From positions 1 through 51,811 of the forward strand of contig JALEGM010000151.1 of NCBI GenBank assembly GCA_022763145.1: 51,811 nucleotides of DNA, in the 5' to 3' direction. The notes under the pieces are model-generated. The model made no database searches. It was not told where the DNA came from and saw only the letters and a list, made by a program, of their open reading frames with translations. How positions within the stretch are numbered: position 1 is the stretch's first letter; each line of letters starts with the position of its first letter. Source of the DNA: Aquisalinus sp. (lineage in GTDB: Bacteria > Pseudomonadota > Alphaproteobacteria > Caulobacterales > Parvularculaceae). Shown here one piece after another: positions 20,315 to 29,620 of this stretch. The translations under genes and the position numbers were made by a program.

Positions 20315-20899
20315 CTACATCACGGCTTCAACAGACGTTACCTCAGGCACATAATGTTTGAGCAAATTCTCGATGCCTGATTTTAGAGTCAGCGTGGAAG
20401 AGGGGCAGCCTGCACAAGCCCCGCGCATAGTTAGAAGAACGATACCATCTCCAGGGATAAATTTGTGAAAGATAATATCGCCGCCGTCCTGCGCGACAGC
20501 CGGGCGCACTCTCGTGTCGAGTAAGTCAATGATCTGCTCAACGATTTCTCGATTCTCCCCTTCATAATCTTCAAGGGAGCCTGCCGTTAGATCTTCCGAC
20601 GACGCACCCTCAGCCAATACAGGCAAGCCTGCTGTCAAATAGTCAGCAATAGCACCCAGAATGGCCGGCTTGATATGATGCCACTCGGTCGTCTCGTCCT
20701 TCGTTACGGTAACAAAATCACTCCCGAGGAATATGCCTGTTACCCCATCAACGTCGAACAAGGCTTGCGCAAGGGGAGAACCGGACGAACTCTCAATCGT
20801 GGGGAAGTCCATCCCCATTTTGCCTGCCCCAAGCACAGCCTGCCCAGGCAGGAATTTCATGGATTGTGGGTTAGGCGTATCTTCGGTTTGAATGAACAT
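20315..20899 (-). CDS. nfuA: NifU/NfuA-type Fe-S carrier
   Basis: MFIQTEDTPNP, RVRPAVAQDGGDI, GACAGCPSS; start set at MFIQ. Confidence 0.93.
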   Translation of the reverse strand: MFIQTEDTPNPQSMKFLPGQAVLGAGKMGMDFPTIESSSGSPLAQALFDVDGVTGIFLGSDFVTVTKDETTEWHHIKPAILGAIADYLTAGLPVLAEGASSEDLTAGSLEDYEGENREIVEQIIDLLDTRVRPAVAQDGGDIIFHKFIPGDGIVLLTMRGACAGCPSSTLTLKSGIENLLKHYVPEVTSVEAVM

Positions 20900-21027
20900 C
20901 GATTTATCTCTTTGCGTTTTGCAAGATATGGCTGCCCCGGTCGTCAAATACAACCATTCCCCTTGCAGGCTACCAGACAATCAGCTTCAAAGGCTTTGGC
21001 GCCAAAATAAAGAGAGAGACCCGGACA

Positions 21028-23331
21028 ATGGCCATTTCCTCTGACAACAACACCAAGGTATCTGATCAGGAAGCATTGTCGTTCCACGAGCGCGGCAAGC
21101 CCGGAAAACTTGAAGTCACCCCGACGAAGCCCATGGCAACGCAGCGAGATTTATCCCTTGCGTATTCACCGGGTGTCGCCGCCCCTGTGAAGGCTATCGC
21201 CGAAGATCCTAATCTTGCTTACGATTATACCTCTAAAGGTAACATGGTGGCCGTGATTTCTAACGGCACAGCCATTCTTGGTTTAGGCGATCTGGGGGCT
21301 CTTGCCTCCAAGCCGGTCATGGAAGGCAAGTCTGTTTTGTTCAAACGCTTCGCTGATATCGACTCCATTGATCTGGAAGTTGATACAAGTGATCCGGAGG
21401 CGTTCATCAATTGTGTAAAATATCTTGGCCCCGCCTTTGGCGGTATCAATCTGGAAGACATCAAGGCACCGGACAGCTTCGTTATTGAACAGACTCTCAA
21501 AGACATCATGGACATCCCTGTATTCCATGACGACCAGCACGGAACAGCCATTATCTCGGCTGCTGGCCTTTTGAACGCCCTTAAGATCACCGGCAAGAGC
21601 ATGAAAGATATTCGCGTGGCTGTTTCCGGCGCAGGCTCCGCGGCGCTTTCTGTCATTAGTCTGATTAAAGCTATGGGCCTGCCGCATGAAAACGCACTGA
21701 TCTGTGACCGGCAGGGCGTTATCTATCAGGGCAGAGAAGAGGGAATGGACCAATGGCGTTCAGCCCATGCGGTTGAAACGGACAAACGCACTCTGGCAGA
21801 AGCCATTGAAGGTGCGGACGTTGTGCTAGGCCTTTCTGCCGCTGGCGCGATCACACCTGAGATGGTGAAGTCAATGGCGAAGAACCCGATTATCTTTGCC
21901 ATGGCCAACCCGATTCCAGAGATTCTGCCGGAGGAGGTTCATGAAATTAGAGATGATGCCATCATGGCAACTGGTCGTTCAGATTATCCCAATCAGGTCA
22001 ATAATGTGCTGGGCTTCCCCTATATTTTCAGAGGCGCTCTGGATGTGCGGGCGACAACCATCAACGATGAAATGAAAGTCGCTTGCGCGGAAGCCCTGGC
22101 AAGGCTGGCACAAGAGGATGTGCCTGATGAAGTCGCGGCAGCTTATGGCAAGCGTCTACAATTTGGCCGCGATTACATTATTCCTACCCCATTCGACCCA
22201 CGTCTCGTTAGTCGTATACCGCCCGCAGTAGCCCAAGCAGCGATGGATACAGGGGTAGCCCGCAAGCCGATTGAGGACATGGCGGCATATGAGGCGAAAC
22301 TGCAGACACGACTTGATCCGTCCGCATCGTTCTTACAGAAAATATATTCAACTGTACGTAGCAATGACAAGAAACGAATTGTCTTTGTCGAAGGTGAAGA
22401 CGAAACAGTCATTCGCTCAGCATACGCCTTCCAACAACAGGATCTTGGCCAAGCCATCCTGATTGGACGTGACGACCAGGTACAACGCTCCATGCAGCGC
22501 CTTGGCCTGCCACAAAGTCATAATATGGAAATATGGAACGCACGCGCCTCTGCCAATACACCAAAGTATACAGACTATGTTTACGAACGGCTACAACGCC
22601 AAGGATACCTATACAGGGATTGTCAGCGACTGGTAAACAATGACCGGAACGTGTTTAGTGCATGCATGCTGGCTATGGATCATGCGGATGGTATGGTTAC
22701 AGGAGTGACCCGTCACTACAATGTTGTTATGGATAATGTACGGCTAGTGCTGGATCCACGCCCCGGTGAACGCGTGATCGGGCTATCCGCCATTCTCGCT
22801 AAAGGCCGAGCCATTTTTATGGCCGATACAACATCGACCCAGATTTCTGATTCACAACGCCTTGCAGATATTGCCGTTCAAGCAGCCCATGCTGTTCGAA
22901 GCCTCGGCTTTACGCCAAAAGTTGCCTTTCTGTCTTATTCGAATTTTGGCAATCCACAATCAGAACACTCTGAGCGCGTTGCCGAGGCCGTACGCATTCT
23001 GGACCGGCGCGGAGATTGCGACTTTGAGTACGAAGGCGAGATGACGCCACGCATGGCCCTGAACGAAGAAAATCGGCGTATATATCCTTTTTCCAGACTT
23101 ACCGGGTCCGCCAACGTACTTATCGCACCCGGCATTCATTCCGGCGCTGTCGCAACAAAGTTAATGTCGGAAATTGGTGGGGCTGTCGTTATAGGACCGG
23201 TACTGATTGGCTTGGAAAAACCCGTTCAGATTGTTCAAACCGCCTCCAAAGCGGGAGACGTCGTAACGCTTGCAGCTCTTGCGGCATATGAACTTGATCA
23301 GGAACACCGCGACTGGGCGCGTAACCGTTAG
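21028..23331 (+). CDS. maeB: NADP-dependent malic enzyme with PTA-like C-terminal domain
   Basis: DLSLAYSPGVA, VFHDDQHGTA, ATGRSDYPNQVNN; C-terminal phosphotransacetylase-like domain. Confidence 0.96.
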   Translation: MAISSDNNTKVSDQEALSFHERGKPGKLEVTPTKPMATQRDLSLAYSPGVAAPVKAIAEDPNLAYDYTSKGNMVAVISNGTAILGLGDLGALASKPVMEGKSVLFKRFADIDSIDLEVDTSDPEAFINCVKYLGPAFGGINLEDIKAPDSFVIEQTLKDIMDIPVFHDDQHGTAIISAAGLLNALKITGKSMKDIRVAVSGAGSAALSVISLIKAMGLPHENALICDRQGVIYQGREEGMDQWRSAHAVETDKRTLAEAIEGADVVLGLSAAGAITPEMVKSMAKNPIIFAMANPIPEILPEEVHEIRDDAIMATGRSDYPNQVNNVLGFPYIFRGALDVRATTINDEMKVACAEALARLAQEDVPDEVAAAYGKRLQFGRDYIIPTPFDPRLVSRIPPAVAQAAMDTGVARKPIEDMAAYEAKLQTRLDPSASFLQKIYSTVRSNDKKRIVFVEGEDETVIRSAYAFQQQDLGQAILIGRDDQVQRSMQRLGLPQSHNMEIWNARASANTPKYTDYVYERLQRQGYLYRDCQRLVNNDRNVFSACMLAMDHADGMVTGVTRHYNVVMDNVRLVLDPRPGERVIGLSAILAKGRAIFMADTTSTQISDSQRLADIAVQAAHAVRSLGFTPKVAFLSYSNFGNPQSEHSERVAEAVRILDRRGDCDFEYEGEMTPRMALNEENRRIYPFSRLTGSANVLIAPGIHSGAVATKLMSEIGGAVVIGPVLIGLEKPVQIVQTASKAGDVVTLAALAAYELDQEHRDWARNR

Positions 23332-23346
23332 AAAATTGCCAAAGAA

Positions 23347-23715
23347 CTACTTGTTTGCCTTGGCTCTCATTGGCATCAGGACAGCACGGTTATCCATATC
23401 CACACGACGCTTATAATACTCAAATCCTTCTTGCGGTGATTTGACATAGTCTTCGTACAGCAGAAGAGCATTACGCAAAACTTCAGAATATGTCGAAGCT
23501 GAAGTCAGCTCTTTAACTTCCTCCAGGCGTTCAATTGAGTCCGCCCCAAAAAGAAAGCTCATGCGCTTTTGGCGCGGAGAGTTTTTTTTGTCTGCAACTT
23601 GTGCAGAAACATCTTTATCAGATTGTGTAGGGGGAGTTTTACCTGGTGCATTTTGAACACTTGGCCAGTCAGCGGACGGCGCGACATCGGCCAGCTCTTT
23701 CTCACTTGCGAACAC
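23347..23715 (-). CDS. Hypothetical protein with a probable ribbon-helix-helix DNA-binding domain
   Basis: GTG start with AGGAG SD; KRMSFLF strand followed by helices (SIERLEEVKE, TYSEVLRNALLLYE). Confidence 0.6.
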   Translation of the reverse strand: MFASEKELADVAPSADWPSVQNAPGKTPPTQSDKDVSAQVADKKNSPRQKRMSFLFGADSIERLEEVKELTSASTYSEVLRNALLLYEDYVKSPQEGFEYYKRRVDMDNRAVLMPMRAKANK

Positions 23716-24022
23716 TTTTTTCTCCTATCGGAACCGCGAAAAGGGCGCCTTTACCTCTCTACGTTTGCGCAAGAGGTCTCAAGCTCGGTGAAGCTGTCAC
23801 GCTACACATATGCTTCGTTACTGTCAACATAATGCATACAATAGTCATATCACTTCATACTCAGATTTATGCAGTATGCAATAGTAATATTATTTGACTC
23901 TTTCATGATCTCTCATCAAATTGCAAGCGGCTGAAGAAAGGAGCCCAGTATGGTTAATCACGATGATGAGCCCGAAGGAAAAGGACGGGATTTATGAACA
24001 CGAGTTAAAAGAGGAGAGAAAG

Positions 24023-24247
24023 ATGGACGGGTTTGAACCACCAGAAGAATTCCCGGTAGATTTAGAAAAAATTCTTAGAAAAAGGCGTGAGTTTGAAGTC
24101 AGAGAACCGACAAGGTTTGAGCAAATCAGACATTACGCGAAGTGGCCAATAGTAAGTGTCGTAACAGTTTATCCTATCTTAAAGATACTCAGCGAAACCG
24201 CTGATGTTATCGAACTGTTACAAACGGTAGTCAGCTGGTTTTCATAG
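24023..24247 (+). CDS. Hypothetical small protein (74 aa) with C-terminal hydrophobic segment
   Basis: GAGGAG SD before ATG 24023; MDGFEPPEEF...WPIVSVVTVYPILKIL...WFS. Confidence 0.5.
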   Translation: MDGFEPPEEFPVDLEKILRKRREFEVREPTRFEQIRHYAKWPIVSVVTVYPILKILSETADVIELLQTVVSWFS

Positions 24248-24344
24248 ATAGAACCACGCTGACAAAGAGAGGAACTCGCAGGCGCGATCCGGCGTCCTGC
24301 CAAGCCTTTCAGCATCTGCTAATTTATCTTTGCATGCTAAAAAT

Positions 24345-25148
24345 TTATTGCGAGTCGCGATAGTTTTTACCTGACCCGCGAACAATGCGTTCTGCCCAGG
24401 CACGTGGCAAGAAGTCAGTCAACCAAACAAGGAACTTGTATTGCAGCCCCGGCACATAAACCGTGTGCGCCTTTTCCACTGCCCCCAAAGCGCCACTCAC
24501 GGTCTCACCGACCTGCATCATCATAAAGTCGGGCATTTTGTTCAGCTGTTCGCGGGTATTATTCACATCGTGGAATTCGGTGTAGGTAAAACCAGGGCAC
24601 AACGCAGATACATTAATATTAGTTTCATTGTATTCAGCAGCCAAGGCCTGTGAAAAACTGACAAGAAATGATTTGGACGGGCCGTAAAGCGTGTGACCTG
24701 CTGCAGGGGGCACGAGGCCTGCCACAGAAGCAACATTTATTATTCGACCATAGCCTCGCGCTTGCATCCCTTCCAAAATACGGTGGGTCAACTCCGCATA
24801 AGCGCTAACCATCAATTGCAGATATTTTTCCTGCTCGGCCCATGGGGTACTGATGTACTTTCCTGGCAGTCCGAACCCGGCATTATTTATGAGAATATCA
24901 ACATTGATGCCTTGCTCTTCAAGAAAAGCGACAATCGACTCTGATGCATCAGGCTCTGATAAGTCTGCAACTAACGGGATCGTTTTGGTGCCGTGGCTAT
25001 CAAGGAGAGCACTTAACTCTTTAAGGCGATCTTCCCGCCGCGCTACCATGACGACATTCGCGCCACTTTCCGCCAATTGTCTTACGAATTCCTGTCCAAT
25101 ACCTGCGGAGGCACCCGTTACAAGCGCCCATTTACCACGGTAATCCAT
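24345..25148 (-). CDS. Short-chain dehydrogenase/reductase
   Basis: TGASAGIG, INNAG, YGPSK (YxxxK). Confidence 0.94.
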   Translation of the reverse strand: MDYRGKWALVTGASAGIGQEFVRQLAESGANVVMVARREDRLKELSALLDSHGTKTIPLVADLSEPDASESIVAFLEEQGINVDILINNAGFGLPGKYISTPWAEQEKYLQLMVSAYAELTHRILEGMQARGYGRIINVASVAGLVPPAAGHTLYGPSKSFLVSFSQALAAEYNETNINVSALCPGFTYTEFHDVNNTREQLNKMPDFMMMQVGETVSGALGAVEKAHTVYVPGLQYKFLVWLTDFLPRAWAERIVRGSGKNYRDSQ

Positions 25149-25181
25149 ATATGATCTCCTGTCTGATGTATCAGGGCTATT

Positions 25182-26807
25182 CTATCTGACGGCTGGCGTC
25201 CAGAGAGACTTGCCGCCGAGTACGCGATCTCGATGCCGCTCAAGTTGCGCTTCCGAAAGCTGACTAGCTGAAAGTGGCATCTCGTCCGCAATCTGTTCTG
25301 CCACTCCGGCTCGCTTAACGAGATATCTTGTCCGCGCGCTAGTCCCTATCATCATAGCTGCGAGCATCATGAACAACTCAATATTGGTTGTGATCGACAA
25401 AATAGATCGCGTGACAGCAAAAGAAATCGCCATCCCCGCAATCGCGATATAGAGACCAGAGTATGGGTCGTCCCCAAGATCTGTACCCCACCTCCAACCA
25501 TATAGAACCATAATCGCGAAGGAGCCAAAGAATAGAACTGGCCCTGGCAAGCCGAGCTCCAGGACCAGATTGAGATAGTAATTATCGATCGTTAACCGCC
25601 CGCCATAAAACCCTAACACCCGCGCCGCACGGCCATTGCCATACCCAAAAACAGGCCGTTTGAGTATTTTGGGCCAGGCCGTTTCCATTTGCGCGATGCG
25701 CGCTTGTGATGACGCAGAGGCTGTACTGCCCTCAGTACCCACCACAATCTTGTAACCTGTTATGATCGCTACAGGAGACGCCAGGAGAGCCAGCGCAATC
25801 GCCATACCTGCCATAGGACGAAATGGAAGACTTTCAGGCTTACGCAACCATGTCAGCAACATGAGGAAAAACGTGACCCCTACAGCGAGAGCACATCCTA
25901 TTATTGCCCCTCTGGAATTGGACATCAGCACAGCAAAAACCAGGGTCATCAAAATTGAAGCATAGATAAGGCGCTTACTGAAATTTCCACCTCGGTAGAT
26001 CTTATACATCACAAAAGGGATAACCATCGCCAGATGCTCGCCAAGTGAGAGCGGATGCGTGTGTGTCGCCTGAGAACGGAATACGCCATCCCGAACTTTA
26101 TCTTGCAGCACCTGTCTCAACCATTCGAGATCACCCATGAGCGGCGCTATCAACTCAGCGAAATGAGTGCGTGTCGCAAATTCTGCCAAGGCTATGATGG
26201 CAACGATCGTGCTGGACAGGATAATGAGACTGAGAGCTCGGTCAAAAACCTGACGACGATTGACATAAGTCATGACAGCTAGAAACGGCAAGAACCAGAT
26301 CATCGTCTGCCGGAAGAACTCTTTGACTGCGATACCCTTGCCCATCGCAAAGGGTATAGAAATAAACTTCTGCATAAAGAGCAGAGCAATTATCAAAAAT
26401 AACGGCCACATTCGGCGAACAGCCGATATGAACTGCAACCGCCGGCGCGGTACGCACGCCATTTCGTACAGCCAGATCGCGATAATACCATAAAACAGAA
26501 CGCGCGTAGGTGTGATGATCGGCAGCGGTCCAAGTTTGATGTGGAGATATACTGGCCACAACGGCATGATTACCGCTCCAAGATAAACAAGTCGGCGTGT
26601 AAACTTAAGTGGGACCGGCTTCATATCTGATGCTGCAAGCATCATGAGTGGCAGGGCCGGCATTATTGCCAGCAATACCAAAGCTGGGAACAGTACGCTT
26701 AGTGCAGTCGTGAAAAATATATAAGCGGTCAGCAGACCGCCGCATAACAGCAGTATAGCACCCGCCTTTAAGCTCCACGGGCGACGTTTATGCGACCAGA
26801 CACTCAT
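25182..26807 (-). CDS. O-antigen ligase/Wzy-family polysaccharide polymerase (HfsC-like)
   Basis: Many TM segments, HPLSLGE, SNSRGA, RPVFGYG, IDNYYL..VLELG. Confidence 0.82.
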   Translation of the reverse strand: MSVWSHKRRPWSLKAGAILLLCGGLLTAYIFFTTALSVLFPALVLLAIMPALPLMMLAASDMKPVPLKFTRRLVYLGAVIMPLWPVYLHIKLGPLPIITPTRVLFYGIIAIWLYEMACVPRRRLQFISAVRRMWPLFLIIALLFMQKFISIPFAMGKGIAVKEFFRQTMIWFLPFLAVMTYVNRRQVFDRALSLIILSSTIVAIIALAEFATRTHFAELIAPLMGDLEWLRQVLQDKVRDGVFRSQATHTHPLSLGEHLAMVIPFVMYKIYRGGNFSKRLIYASILMTLVFAVLMSNSRGAIIGCALAVGVTFFLMLLTWLRKPESLPFRPMAGMAIALALLASPVAIITGYKIVVGTEGSTASASSQARIAQMETAWPKILKRPVFGYGNGRAARVLGFYGGRLTIDNYYLNLVLELGLPGPVLFFGSFAIMVLYGWRWGTDLGDDPYSGLYIAIAGMAISFAVTRSILSITTNIELFMMLAAMMIGTSARTRYLVKRAGVAEQIADEMPLSASQLSEAQLERHRDRVLGGKSLWTPAVR

Positions 26808-26898
26808 CTCACCCAAAAAAGCAGACAGATTATGAGATTTGGTTAACTGTGATTAAGTACGTTCCCTAGGCAGTTACTTTGCTCTTACGGAGAAGCCC

Positions 26899-27174
26899 AT
26901 GAGTGGCATTGCTTTTTTGATCATGCTGGCAAGCTTTAGCTTCCTCGCATACTGGTACATCCGTAATCTCGAACGGGGTGACGATGGTACATTTGGGTTG
27001 TTAGGCCTGAACATCGGCGATCCGGATGAAGCGGAAACTGACGAGAAAACAGACGCGGAAACTGTCACTGCCAAAGTCAATCTAGACCGACCCGACCAGG
27101 AAGACCCTGATTACACGGAGCGCGAGGGCAAAGCCTACGCGAGGGAAGATAAATCATACATCAAGCTGGACTAG
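26899..27174 (+). CDS. Hypothetical single-TM small protein
   Basis: GGAG SD; N-terminal TM, WYIRN...DGTFGLL, acidic tail. Confidence 0.65.
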   Translation: MSGIAFLIMLASFSFLAYWYIRNLERGDDGTFGLLGLNIGDPDEAETDEKTDAETVTAKVNLDRPDQEDPDYTEREGKAYAREDKSYIKLD

Positions 27175-27240
27175 TCAGACAGGCATTGGCGAGGGCGCAG
27201 ATTTGCGGAATAATGGTGGTACGTTCTGTGAGTGCCGATC

Positions 27241-28035
27241 ATGAAACTCTACCTTCCAATAATCTTATTGCTGTTTGTCATTAACAGCGGTTGCACCCAG
27301 GCAAATGCCGACGTACCGGTCTATGGGTACAAGATCATCAATACATACCCACATGATACGGGCGCTTTCACACAAGGTCTGCTCTATCTGGATGGGCATC
27401 TATATGAAAGCACCGGTATCAGAGGAGAATCTTCAGTCCGGAAGGTTGACCTGGAAACCGGCAGAGTTCTTCGCATTGAGAAACTGCCTGATCGTTTCTT
27501 TGGCGAAGGGATTGTTGAATGGCAGGACCAACTGATTGGCCTCACCTGGCAAAGTCGGATGGGATTTGTTTTCGCCCTTCAGGACTTTTCGGTACGGGAT
27601 ACATTTGCTTACACAGGTGAGGGCTGGGGACTTACAAGAAACCAAGACACTATTTTCATGAGTGATGGAACTGCTGAAATCAGGCTGCTGGATCCGGATA
27701 CTTTGAAAGAAAAGGATCGCATTACCGTCACATATAATGGCAAATCGCTTCGTGCGTTAAACGAGCTGGAATGGATCAACGGTGAAATTTTTGCCAATAT
27801 CTATCTGACTAATCTCATCGCGAGAATAAATCCAGATACCGGCGAGGTCACTGGCGTAATCAACTTAACAGGCATACTTCCGGCAGAGGATTATGTTGAT
27901 GGATACACTGACGTATTGAACGGTATTGCATATGATGCAGAAACTGACCGTTTATTTGTGACGGGCAAGCGTTGGCCAAAACTGTTTGAAATTGAGCTGA
28001 TTGAACAAACACCAACTATTCAGGCAAACCCGTAA
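27241..28035 (+). CDS. Glutaminyl-peptide cyclotransferase (beta-propeller type), exported
   Basis: YPHDTGAFTQGL, YESTG, FGEG, LTWQ, GEGWGL, SDG, LNELE, VLNGIA, VTGKRWP; signal peptide, possibly with a lipobox (NSGC). Confidence 0.93.
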   Translation: MKLYLPIILLLFVINSGCTQANADVPVYGYKIINTYPHDTGAFTQGLLYLDGHLYESTGIRGESSVRKVDLETGRVLRIEKLPDRFFGEGIVEWQDQLIGLTWQSRMGFVFALQDFSVRDTFAYTGEGWGLTRNQDTIFMSDGTAEIRLLDPDTLKEKDRITVTYNGKSLRALNELEWINGEIFANIYLTNLIARINPDTGEVTGVINLTGILPAEDYVDGYTDVLNGIAYDAETDRLFVTGKRWPKLFEIELIEQTPTIQANP

Positions 28036-29581
28036 CAACAGCATCGGGCGGCGGCGTGTCCTTCTTAGGCTTAGCCTCTACTGATTTATCATCCGCCTGC
28101 ACATTAGTAGCCTCTGGCTTTTCATCTGCTTCTGGATCAACTTGCGTATCATCTGACTCAATGTCGGACTCTGTATCTTCGCTAGCCGCTATAGCCTCCG
28201 CACCTTCCCCAGCCTCTGGTTCCGGATCTGACGCTGGTTCCGGTGGTGGTGCCGTTAGAAATTTTATCTCATCTGTACTAAGTGCACCTGATACGGATTC
28301 AAGCGGTGGTGGTGCAAGCCGATTATGTTCTCCGTACTCAACAACCAACCGCCTCCATCCATCGGTGGTAAAATGAAATTCACCGTCTACGCCAGGAACC
28401 GGCTCAAGCGGTGCCGCCGCAGCTTTTGCAAACCACGGCCTCGCCTGTACTTCACCATACATACCCCGGATAGCCTCAGCCATAGCTGTGAAAGTACGCG
28501 CGTTTGGATTGCGCTTTAACAAAGGCTCAAGCATGTCCCTGGCAGTTTCCCACTCTTCCTTCAGAATATGCTGTTGCGCCATAAGAAGGCGACTTTCATC
28601 TCGGTCGGGTGCTTTCTCAGCGAGGCGAATGACGCGGTCTGGTCTTTTTACGAAGCTTTCATCTTTGTAAAGATTTTCATAAGACTTGACCAGAGCAGGG
28701 TGAGGCGCCACCGTCCAGGCATCCTCTATGATACGTGCGGCGCGGCTGGTGTTACCCTTCTCGCCTTCAAGGCTGGCCGCAAGTGCTGCAGCTGGCGAAA
28801 AGCCCGGCGCTTGTTTTAGGGCAGCCTTGAGATCCTTCAATGCTTCTTCTGTATTGCCACTATCGTGCGAGGCGTAAGCTCGTGCAGTTAACAGTGCAGC
28901 CTCTTTGCGACGCACATGCTCCCCTTCAGCAAGGCCGTTTCTGGAGGCGAGTTTCAGAGCATTATGCGCTTCACCCCAGCCACCACGCTCTATGCTCAGT
29001 TGGTAAACGGACTCGAAAGCCCACCGCGCATTGGGACGAAGCTTAAATGCACGATCTGCATATTCTTTCGCACCTTTATTATCACCAGAGGACAAGGCTT
29101 GCAGATATAAACCACGCAGCCCAAGAAACTCAGTCTCAGGCGCATCAAGCATTGCAGCAAAGCTCTCTTCTGCGGTTTGGTCATCCCCCGCCAACTGCGC
29201 GGCCTGCGCTGTCAACAAACGCGTCAGGGCCGGTTCATCCAACTGTTTTTGCGCATTTCGCGCATGGCGCTGCGCATCTTCCGGATCACCGGCAGCCACG
29301 GCTTCCAACCCTCTGGTAAGGGCAAGCATACCCCGTTGGCGCTTACCCTCAAGCCGACGCGCTGTCAGTTTGCCAGGTAAACGCATGAGATACCCAATAA
29401 GCCAGACCAGCCCCCCAAAAGCCAGAAAGGACATCAGTATCAGGATCAGCAGAACACCGACCTCAACATATACGTTGTAACCACGCACATCCGCTTCGAG
29501 CGCGCCATCAATGCTGAGCAACATAGTAAACAAGGCTGCCAAGCCTGTGATCACCAGAAGATAGATAAGGAGCCGTATCAT
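28016..29581 (-). CDS. hemY: HemY-like TPR membrane protein
   Basis: N-terminal TMs, LLTAQAAQ, ETEFLGLRGL, WTVAPHPAL; part of the hemC-hemD-COG4223-hemY operon. Confidence 0.88.
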   Translation of the reverse strand: MIRLLIYLLVITGLAALFTMLLSIDGALEADVRGYNVYVEVGVLLILILMSFLAFGGLVWLIGYLMRLPGKLTARRLEGKRQRGMLALTRGLEAVAAGDPEDAQRHARNAQKQLDEPALTRLLTAQAAQLAGDDQTAEESFAAMLDAPETEFLGLRGLYLQALSSGDNKGAKEYADRAFKLRPNARWAFESVYQLSIERGGWGEAHNALKLASRNGLAEGEHVRRKEAALLTARAYASHDSGNTEEALKDLKAALKQAPGFSPAAALAASLEGEKGNTSRAARIIEDAWTVAPHPALVKSYENLYKDESFVKRPDRVIRLAEKAPDRDESRLLMAQQHILKEEWETARDMLEPLLKRNPNARTFTAMAEAIRGMYGEVQARPWFAKAAAAPLEPVPGVDGEFHFTTDGWRRLVVEYGEHNRLAPPPLESVSGALSTDEIKFLTAPPPEPASDPEPEAGEGAEAIAASEDTESDIESDDTQVDPEADEKPEATNVQADDKSVEAKPKKDTPPPDAVVTGLPE

Positions 29582-29620
29582 GCGACCTCTAATGTGCGCG
29601 TAGAATATTGGTTAGGCTAA

